Source of the DNA: Synergistales bacterium | GTDB lineage: Bacteria > Synergistota > Synergistia > Synergistales > JAFGMB01 | DNA: 32,970 nt | Assembly (NCBI GenBank): GCA_016927765.1 | Contig: JAFGMB010000147.1 | Location: 1 to 32,970 of the forward strand | Reading direction: 5' to 3' | Shown: piece by piece, positions 1-6,683 of the stretch | Numbering within the stretch: position 1 is the stretch's first letter | How the letters are laid out: each line of letters starts with the position of its first letter | Program-made: the position numbers and the translations under genes | Notes under the pieces: generated by a model | Told to the model about the DNA's origin: nothing | Database searches by the model: none | The model's input: the letters and a program-made list of their open reading frames with translations, nothing else

Positions 1-1028
1 CAGACATAGGACACAAATTCATCGATATCTGTATTATCGGACTGCCTCAAAAGGCGGATTCGGAGAAAAAGCCCGTCTTTGAATGCAGGATCGAAAATAA
101 GCTCCATCATTTCAGATCTTTCATCAAAGATCTCAGGAAACTTAACGATAAACTCGGTGGATACTGTATCTTCCATCTTGCCATGGAGGCCACCGGGACC
201 TACTACCTCAAGTTTGTAACATGTCTTGCCAGCGAAGCTGAGGGGCTGGTGGTCCCTTACGTGGTCAACCCCTGCCAGATCAAGGCTACCGGCGAAGTGA
301 TCAAGGCAAAGAACAAAACGGACAAACAGGATGCTCTCAAGATCGCCAGCTATATACGTTTTGCCCATACAGAATCGAATGTACATCCTTGGGAACTCCC
401 ATCTCCCGAGATGGAAGAACTGCGCCAGCTGGCCCATCTTTACGAGGATACAAGAGAACTTATCAGGGCCGAGAAAAACAGGATACATGCTATTGAACAA
501 TCACCAAATATGTCTATGCCTACGGCAAAGATAAGGCTTGACCGGATCAGATATCTTGAAGCCCAACTAGAAGAGATCAAAAAGAAGATGGAAGATCATA
601 TAAAGAAAAATCCCAGGATCATGGAGCAGGCGGATCTTTTAAGGTCTATTCCCGGCATTGGCAAGATCAGTTCCGCTCTTCTCCTGTGTGAAATAGGAGA
701 TGTAGAGCGTTTCAAGAACAAGAAGACCTTCACCGCCTTCGCAGGGATCGTACCATCAGAATTTCAATCCGGTTCATCCATTAACAAGCCTGCCAGGATC
801 ACGAAAAAAGGGTCAAAGAGAATTCGCCGAAATCTATACATGCCTGCTATGGTAGCTATCAAATGGAACCCCCTTATCAGGGACTTCTACTTGAAACTTA
901 AAGCCAGTGGCAAAAAAGGAAAATCAGCTCTTATAGCCGCCATGAAAAAACTGTTACAGATCATTTATGGAGTTCTTAAAACAGGACAACCTTTTAATCC
1001 TGCTTATGAAATGCAAAGAGCTGCATAA
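1..1028 (+). CDS. IS110-family (DEDD) transposase; the 5' end runs off the window
   Basis: The ORF track starts at M183, but the same frame is open back to nt 3 (DIGHKFIDICIIG...FHLAMEATGTYY). This gives the N-terminal GIDxxK and EATGxY DEDD motifs. The C-terminal half has the Transposase_20-type LLRSIPGIGKISSALLLCEIGDVERF...ITKKGSKRIRRNLYM region. TAA stop at 1026-1028. Confidence 0.9.
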   Translation, partial: DIGHKFIDICIIGLPQKADSEKKPVFECRIENKLHHFRSFIKDLRKLNDKLGGYCIFHLAMEATGTYYLKFVTCLASEAEGLVVPYVVNPCQIKATGEVIKAKNKTDKQDALKIASYIRFAHTESNVHPWELPSPEMEELRQLAHLYEDTRELIRAEKNRIHAIEQSPNMSMPTAKIRLDRIRYLEAQLEEIKKKMEDHIKKNPRIMEQADLLRSIPGIGKISSALLLCEIGDVERFKNKKTFTAFAGIVPSEFQSGSSINKPARITKKGSKRIRRNLYMPAMVAIKWNPLIRDFYLKLKASGKKGKSALIAAMKKLLQIIYGVLKTGQPFNPAYEMQRAA

Positions 1029-1057
1029 TAAATTTCATGGTTGATTCAAGACGATAT

Positions 1058-1074
1058 CTACAGTCTACAGTCTG
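1058..1074 (+). repeat. Tandem heptamer CTACAGT-CTACAGT-CTG
   Basis: Direct reading: ...atatCTACAGTCTACAGTCTGttt..., 30 nt after the transposase stop. Confidence 0.8.
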
Positions 1075-1081
1075 TTTAATC

Positions 1082-1210
1082 CATAGAAAACTCCATCAGA
1101 AATTCCGTCAAAAACCATTGGAATAAACCATAGAGCCGGGTTGGCCGGACCTTCTGCTTCGCAATAAATCATAAGACCGGGTTAAGGCGGACTTGCAGCG
1201 CATAGAAAAC
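1082..1210 (+). repeat. Nested direct repeats in an A-B-B'-A arrangement
   Basis: A = CATAGAAAAC, exact at 1082-1091 and 1201-1210. B = CATAGAGCCGGGTTGGCCGGAC from 1129. B' = CATAAGACCGGGTTAAGGCGGAC from 1170, a period of about 41 nt. Confidence 0.75.
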
Positions 1211-1359
1211 CTGTTCCACCCATTAGTGTAGAGTTGTTTTCGGGATGTTGCTATGTCCTGGCTAATAAATGTTACACTAAAGAGTCAGGGGAGAGATGAT
1301 AATTTCGCTGATGTTTGTATAGAACATATATGAACCTTCAATGGGGGAGCCATGATGAA

Positions 1360-2520
1360 ATGAAAAATACAAAACTGGTATTATTCTGTATTGTTATTGC
1401 CGGGTTTGGCGCATTATGGTATCTGAGTTTTGGGCTGAAGTCCGAAGATCATTACCCCATTGTGTCGGAGGAACAAATGAAGGAAAAACTCAGCAACGAG
1501 ATCCTGGATGAATTAGTAAGCCATGTGGTAGAAAAGAAAAATATTTACGGAGCTGTCTTTTGCGTTTCCACTGGCAGTGGAAGCATCGATATGATCAGCG
1601 CCTCCGGGGAAATTCAAGAAAACAGCCAATACTATATCGCCAGTATAAATAAATTGTTTATCTCTGCGATCATCCTGAAATTACATGCCGAGAACAAATT
1701 GGACCTGGAGGACAGGATCTCAAAATACTTACCTGTTGATCTGATCCAGGGATTGCATTCGTATAATGGCAGAGATTATTCGAATGAGATAACCATCGGT
1801 CATCTGGTGTCTCATACCTCCGGTCTCCCCTGTTATGTGATCGATAAACAAGCTAGCGGGGAAAGGCTAATGGATGAGCTTGAAGCAGGCCTTGATCAAC
1901 CCTGGCCAATTGATAAAGTCATCAGAGAAGTGAAAAAAATGAAACCCCATTTTCCTCCTGGAGAGGAAGGCAAGGCAGAATATGCTGATACGAATCATCA
2001 CTTACTGGGGTTGGTCATAGAAAAGGTTACGGAAAAGCCGGTAAATCTTGTCCTTCAGAACCTGTTCAGGGAGCTTAACCTGACGGAGACCTATGTTTGT
2101 GAAGATACGGATGATAAAGGTTTTGTTCCTATCCGTTATAAATCGGAAATCATACACCTGCCCCTTTTCCTTGCTTCTACGCAATGTGACATTATCTCAA
2201 CCGCAAAGGACCAGATGACGTTCTTAAAAGCATTCTTCGGTGGTTACTTTTTCCCCAGGGAAAGGCTAAGTGAACTGGAGAAGTGGAATAAAATTTTCTC
2301 TCCCTTTTATTACGGAATGGGCATACAGAAATTCCAATTACCCCGAATTCTGTCACCCTTCCATCCCGTTCCTGAAATGCTAGGCCATTGCGGTTCTACT
2401 GGATCAGTGGCTTTTTATGTGCCGGATATGGATATTTACATAACGGGAACTGTAAATCAGCTGGCAAAGCCCGATTTAGCGTTTCAGGCCATGATAAAGA
2501 TTATTAATAAATTGATGTGA
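1360..2520 (+). CDS. Beta-lactamase-family serine hydrolase (class C / PBP-like) with an N-terminal membrane anchor
   Basis: SxxK motif in YYIASINKLF and a YADTN (YxN-like) motif. N-terminal hydrophobic segment KLVLFCIVIAGFGALWYL. ATG at 1360 is preferred over the TTG at 1315 because a GGGGGAG RBS lies about 10 nt upstream. Confidence 0.8.
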   Translation: MKNTKLVLFCIVIAGFGALWYLSFGLKSEDHYPIVSEEQMKEKLSNEILDELVSHVVEKKNIYGAVFCVSTGSGSIDMISASGEIQENSQYYIASINKLFISAIILKLHAENKLDLEDRISKYLPVDLIQGLHSYNGRDYSNEITIGHLVSHTSGLPCYVIDKQASGERLMDELEAGLDQPWPIDKVIREVKKMKPHFPPGEEGKAEYADTNHHLLGLVIEKVTEKPVNLVLQNLFRELNLTETYVCEDTDDKGFVPIRYKSEIIHLPLFLASTQCDIISTAKDQMTFLKAFFGGYFFPRERLSELEKWNKIFSPFYYGMGIQKFQLPRILSPFHPVPEMLGHCGSTGSVAFYVPDMDIYITGTVNQLAKPDLAFQAMIKIINKLM

Positions 2521-2910
2521 CGAAATAAAGAATTGAGGAAATATGCTGGAAAACGAAGATAAAGTTCTGACAAAAATTCTGGTAATAGGATATGTTCGAT
2601 CTCTATTGATAAATGTCATGTACATGTAATAGAGATGAGCCACGTTGTGGATCTATGCATTTGAAAAAGAAGATGATGTAGAAAGGAGGGTTATTTGTTA
2701 ACATTTCAGGGGATATAACCCAGATTAAAATACTGTCAGCAAAGAGCGTCAGAAAAACGACATGATCCCCATGATTTGCCGCAATTTCTCTTTTAAAAAT
2801 GATCGATGGTTCCCTTTGTGTTTTCTGCGTTCAGCTTCTTTTTTGTTTTAGTCTTTACATAAAAAATCCTCCGGAGTGTACTTTGTTTTCCCTTTTTGTT
2901 CTATAAACAA

Positions 2911-2940
2911 AATGAAAAAGGGCCGGAATTTGCGGCCCTT
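2911..2940 (-). terminator. Rho-independent terminator of the decarboxylase gene
   Basis: Minus-strand reading is GGGCCGcaaattCCGGCCC followed by TTTTTCATTTT, starting 7 nt after the stop at 2947. Confidence 0.75.
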
Positions 2941-2946
2941 ATGCTA

Positions 2947-4173
2947 TCAGAAAAGCGAAGGTGTTTCGTAGCGGTCTTTCTCCTTTTTTCTCCGTCTCGG
3001 CATAACATGGGTCTTCAGGGGAGGAAAACCGTTGAAGTTCACAGAGCAGTAGCTGGAGGTGTAGGATCCGGTGGTGAAGATATATATCCTGTCCCCCTCC
3101 TGAAGCGTGTTTGGGACGGTATATTTGAAGTTCTCATAGAGGACGTCCACGCTGTCGCAAGTGGGTCCGGCCAGGATCACCTCTTCCGCATGGCCTTCCT
3201 TGTCAACGAATATGGGATACTTTATCGCTTCGTCAAGGGTCTCTATGAGGCCACCGAACTTGCCCGCATCAAGATAGACCCAGCTGTACTGGTTGTAATC
3301 GGCTTTCTTTGAGACCAGGACCACCTCGGTGACAAGCATTCCTGCGTCACCGGTGAGGGACCTTCCAGGTTCGATAATGATCTCAGGAAGATCGTCACCG
3401 AAATCTTCTTCCAGGAACCTGGTGATCTCCTTGCGATAGACCTCGAAGTCAAGATTAGGCTCGAGATAGCTTGCCGGGAAACCTCCACCCATGTTTATCA
3501 GCTTGAGGTCTATGCCAAGTTCCTTTGCCCAGTCGAAGATGTAGCGACATGTGGAAAGGGCGTTATCCCACTGTCCGATATCTCTCTGCTGTGATCCCAC
3601 GTGAAAGGAAACGCCGTAAGGTATGAGCCCCAGCTTGGGGGCTTTTTCGATAAGCCTGATCAGAACGTCCTGATGGGCCCCGAATTTGCGGGAAAGAGGC
3701 CAATCCGCACCACTTCCATCAGTAAGATGCCTGAAGAAAACCTTTGATCCCGGGGCGAAGTCAGCTATCTTCTGCAGGTCCTGCTCGGAATCGGATGCGA
3801 AAAGTCTTACTCCCTTGCTGTGGGCATATGCTATATCTTTTGCCTTTTTGATGGTATTGCCGTAACTTAGCATATCAGGCGAAGCCCCAAGGGCAAGGAT
3901 CTGGTCAAGTTCATAGGGTGAAGCGAAATCAAAACAGGATCCCTTATCCACAAGGAGCTTCAGGACCTCATCATGGGGGTTGGCCTTTATGGCATAATAG
4001 ACCTTTGCAAAGGGGAAAGCAGATATCAGCTCATCGTACTTTTCTTCCACTTTATCCAGGTCAAGTACCAGAAGAGGGGTCTGCTTGTCCCTTGCGAATT
4101 CCGCAATTCTGTCGAAATCCTCCCTGGACATGAACCTCTCCAGGTCAAAATTGTAACCGTCAAGCTGCATCAT
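2947..4173 (-). CDS. PLP-dependent ornithine/lysine decarboxylase (Orn/DAP/Arg decarboxylase family 2, ODC-type)
   Basis: PLP-lysine motif VYYAIKANP, plus GGGFPA, EPGRSL and GPTCDSVD (ODC/LDC-type rather than the LysA CESGD). The ORF-track start at 4188 is a GTG with no spacing to the GGAAGG RBS. The ATGs at 4173/4170 are better placed. Confidence 0.85.
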   Translation of the reverse strand: MMQLDGYNFDLERFMSREDFDRIAEFARDKQTPLLVLDLDKVEEKYDELISAFPFAKVYYAIKANPHDEVLKLLVDKGSCFDFASPYELDQILALGASPDMLSYGNTIKKAKDIAYAHSKGVRLFASDSEQDLQKIADFAPGSKVFFRHLTDGSGADWPLSRKFGAHQDVLIRLIEKAPKLGLIPYGVSFHVGSQQRDIGQWDNALSTCRYIFDWAKELGIDLKLINMGGGFPASYLEPNLDFEVYRKEITRFLEEDFGDDLPEIIIEPGRSLTGDAGMLVTEVVLVSKKADYNQYSWVYLDAGKFGGLIETLDEAIKYPIFVDKEGHAEEVILAGPTCDSVDVLYENFKYTVPNTLQEGDRIYIFTTGSYTSSYCSVNFNGFPPLKTHVMPRRRKKEKDRYETPSLF

Positions 4174-4464
4174 CCAGTTATCATCCACCTTCCGACGAGA
4201 GTTATCTTGAAAAAGTCAGCGAATCATACTCCCTTTAGTTTTAAATTTCAATAGTTCAGATCCTTATTACGTAATAATTGTCTCATATTTCGGTGGTTAG
4301 GGAGGATCATGATCGAATGGAAATTGAAAGAACTTGATCTTAGTCCAAAAGACCCAGTCGATCTGGTCTTTCGGCCCTTCCAGGTAGGTACTTCATTCCC
4401 GGGGGAAATAGGATAGAAAGAACATATCTTTTTCCCAGGAGATGTTAACCTGTTAATTGAAAAG

Positions 4465-4481
4465 GCAGATCCAGGATCTGC
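4465..4481. promoter_or_regulatory. Perfect 17-bp palindrome GCAGATCC-A-GGATCTGC; candidate operator
   Basis: Read directly. It lies about 20 nt upstream of the riboswitch aptamer, in the divergent region between the decarboxylase and the GGDEF operon. Confidence 0.35.
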
Positions 4482-4497
4482 TCTGCACCTTGTCAGG

Positions 4498-4599
4498 TAT
4501 CTTCAGACGACAAAGGCAAAACCGCTTAAAGGCGGTGACGCAAAGCCACGGGTCTAAAACCTCAAGGGTCATGACAGCCGGGTTACCGAAGGGATATCA
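4498..4599 (+). promoter_or_regulatory. c-di-GMP-I (GEMM-I) riboswitch aptamer
   Basis: The sequence ACGACAAAGGCAAAACCGCUUAAAGGCGGUGACGCAAAGCCACGGGUCUAAAACC...GACAGCCGGGUUACCGAAGG is co-linear with the V. cholerae Vc2 aptamer blocks (GGCAAACC-hairpin-GACGCAAAGCC ... GGGGUUACCGAUGG). It sits in the leader of a GGDEF gene. Confidence 0.85.
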
Positions 4600-4622
4600 T
4601 CAAAGAATCGATCGATAAAGAG

Positions 4623-4660
4623 ATCGCCTTCGGAAAGATTATTCCGATGGCGATTTTTTT
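4623..4660 (+). terminator. Intrinsic terminator serving as the riboswitch expression platform
   Basis: ATCGCCTTCGGA aagattat TCCGATGGCGAT followed by a T7 run. The 5' arm CCTTCGG (4627-4633) is complementary to the aptamer 3' segment CCGAAGG (4586-4592). Confidence 0.8.
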
Positions 4661-4695
4661 ATTACCTGCAAAATGAGCGAAAGGGGAATGAAACA

Positions 4696-6021
4696 ATGTT
4701 CTCAATTACATCTCCTGAAAGTGGCCCCAAGAAGTATTTGCGCTATTTCATATTTCTAGCACCCCTATTGTTCTTAGTCACCAGGCAAAACTATCTCCTC
4801 GGCCATGTCTTAATAGAGGGTTGGGCCATTCTTGTGGGGTTTACCATCTATGTAATGGCTACAAAAACATACGGTTATTCGAAGGATAATTTTCTTTTCT
4901 TCCTTGGATATGGCTACCTTGCCGTATCCTTTATCGATCTTGTTCATACCCTGGCTTACAAGGGTATGGGAATTTTCCCTTTCCCCACCGCTGATCTATC
5001 TACCCAGCTCTGGATCGCCGCAAGATACCTGGAAGCCTTTGTGTTGTTCTCTTCATCCTTTATGGCCAGGAAAAAATTCAGTTCTACGGAACTTTTCCTT
5101 ACCTTCGGTATCCTGGTGAGTTTAATCATCCTTAGCATCATGAAGTTCGGCATATTCCCGAGATGTTTTATCGAGGGGCAGGGACTGACCCCATTTAAAG
5201 TGATGAGCGAATATATTATTATTGCCATCCTTGCTGCTGCTCTCACCAGGTTTAGAAAGCAGGATGAAGCCATCAGTTCCAAAGTGCAACAGACTTTGAA
5301 GTGGTCGATCATGCTGACCATGTTGTCCGAGCTTTCCTTTACTTTCTATACGGACGTATACGGGTTATCAAATCTTTTGGGGCACCTGCTTAAAGCGGCT
5401 TCTTTCTGCGTTGTCTTCGAGGGGATCATTGCAAGGGGTCTTGATCAGCCTTTTGAGACGATCTTCAGAAAACTTCGTGCCATGTCCATGACAGATCCTC
5501 TGACACTTCTATATAACAGGGTGGGATTCAATGAGTTCTCCGAAAAGATCTTCAGCCTGGCCAGGAGAGAAAGAAAGACCATGGGTATGATCATGATCGA
5601 CCTCGACAATTTCAAGAAGATAAACGATAACTTTGGTCACCTGCATGGAGATGAAGTTCTGCTGAGAGTAGGGGATATGATCAGAAAAAACATCAGGTCC
5701 AGCGATATTGCCTCGAGGATAGGGGGAGACGAATTCTGCGTGATCCTTCCCAATGCCGGTCAGGAAGGATTGGTAAATGTGGCAGACAGGATAAGGGAAG
5801 ATTTCCATTCCTGGGTGAATAAAGCTGATTATCGGGAAATCCTTGATATAAGTATTGGTTTTGCCATTGAAGATTTTACTCGCCCCAACCCGAGTTCTAT
5901 GGACGACCTGCTGCTTAAGGCAGACAGGGCTATGTACTGTGAAAAAAGCACTCACAAAAGGTTGCAGGCCAGGAAAGATCCCGTGGAAAGCATGGAGAAC
6001 CTGATTGTGCAGGGTTGTTAA
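4696..6021 (+). CDS. Membrane sensor diguanylate cyclase: about 8 TM MASE3-like N-terminal domain plus GGDEF
   Basis: The C-terminal domain has RIGGDEFCVILP with an RxxD I-site at canonical spacing (RSSD-IASRI-GGDEF). The N-terminal ~250 aa contains about 8 hydrophobic helices. A GGGGA RBS lies 8 nt upstream. Confidence 0.9.
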   Translation: MFSITSPESGPKKYLRYFIFLAPLLFLVTRQNYLLGHVLIEGWAILVGFTIYVMATKTYGYSKDNFLFFLGYGYLAVSFIDLVHTLAYKGMGIFPFPTADLSTQLWIAARYLEAFVLFSSSFMARKKFSSTELFLTFGILVSLIILSIMKFGIFPRCFIEGQGLTPFKVMSEYIIIAILAAALTRFRKQDEAISSKVQQTLKWSIMLTMLSELSFTFYTDVYGLSNLLGHLLKAASFCVVFEGIIARGLDQPFETIFRKLRAMSMTDPLTLLYNRVGFNEFSEKIFSLARRERKTMGMIMIDLDNFKKINDNFGHLHGDEVLLRVGDMIRKNIRSSDIASRIGGDEFCVILPNAGQEGLVNVADRIREDFHSWVNKADYREILDISIGFAIEDFTRPNPSSMDDLLLKADRAMYCEKSTHKRLQARKDPVESMENLIVQGC

Positions 6022-6050
6022 TCCTCATATCGCAGAAAAGGAGAAATGCC

Positions 6051-6647
6051 ATGGAACAGATAAGGGCAGTATTTTTTGAGCTCCGAGGTATCCTCCTATC
6101 TGAGGAAGATACCCTTTCGGTCCTATGGGCTATTCATTCAAAGGATAAGAAAGAAACTCCCACAAGATCTCCTGAAAAGAGGATATTCCTTCCAGAGAAA
6201 GTGTCTATTGCAGAACTTGAAACGGAATTTTTCAAAAGGGTGGAGCTTATCCATGGACTTGGGACGACACTGGAGGCACTTGCACGAAGGGGAATGGTCT
6301 CCGTACTCTTCTCCCCTGACCCGGTAGAGGTGGTTGAATGGTTCCTGGCAAGGTTTCCTTTTGATCATGGGATCGGAGGATTCTCTTTAGGATCTCCAGG
6401 GGATGGTGGAGATGAAACTCACTGGGGAACTCAAAAGCTCTATCCCGAGGAAAGGATCCGGGAATTCCTTGTAAAGAAGGGGCTCAGGAAAGAGCAGTGT
6501 CTTGCAGTGACAGCTCCTGGTATTCACAGCTCCATGACCGGGCTATTTGGGAGATCTCTGGTCCTGGTCTTTTCGAAAGAGGTCTCAGGCAAGGCAGGCA
6601 GACATCTTTATACCGATAATCTGGCGGAAGTTCTTAAATTCGTTTAA
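6051..6647 (+). CDS. Hypothetical protein, HAD-like pattern with the catalytic acidic residues replaced
   Basis: AAGGAG RBS before the ATG at 6051. AVFFELRGIL aligns to HAD motif I hhhhDxDGxL (D to E, D to R). QKLYPEE resembles motif III KPxPE. CLAVTAPGIHSS sits where motif IV VGDxxxD is expected. The fold assignment is by eye only. Confidence 0.6.
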   Translation: MEQIRAVFFELRGILLSEEDTLSVLWAIHSKDKKETPTRSPEKRIFLPEKVSIAELETEFFKRVELIHGLGTTLEALARRGMVSVLFSPDPVEVVEWFLARFPFDHGIGGFSLGSPGDGGDETHWGTQKLYPEERIREFLVKKGLRKEQCLAVTAPGIHSSMTGLFGRSLVLVFSKEVSGKAGRHLYTDNLAEVLKFV

Positions 6648-6683
6648 AGTATAAGAAATACCCGGCAAGGAAGTGTTGCCATA

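Larger units (their letters stand above)
1..1314 (+). mobile_element. Partial IS110-family insertion sequence; the left end is outside the window and the right end is undetermined within 1029-1314
   Basis: The transposase CDS is followed by 286 nt without an ORF that contains tandem and nested repeats. IS110 elements lack classical terminal inverted repeats, so the boundary cannot be fixed by eye. Confidence 0.5.

Noticed and set aside
2896-4254. Plus-strand ORFs 2896..3312, 3918..4133 and 3973..4254.
   Set aside because: All are antisense to, or overlap, the decarboxylase CDS, which has unambiguous PLP-enzyme motifs. None has an RBS or a recognisable domain.
4309-4416. 35-codon ORF (MIEWKLKELDLSPKDPVDLVFRPFQVGTSFPGEIG) preceded by GGAGG, upstream of the riboswitch.
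   Set aside because: The RBS-ATG spacing is only 3 nt, there is no recognisable peptide family, and it lies in a divergent promoter region. There is not enough support to call a gene.
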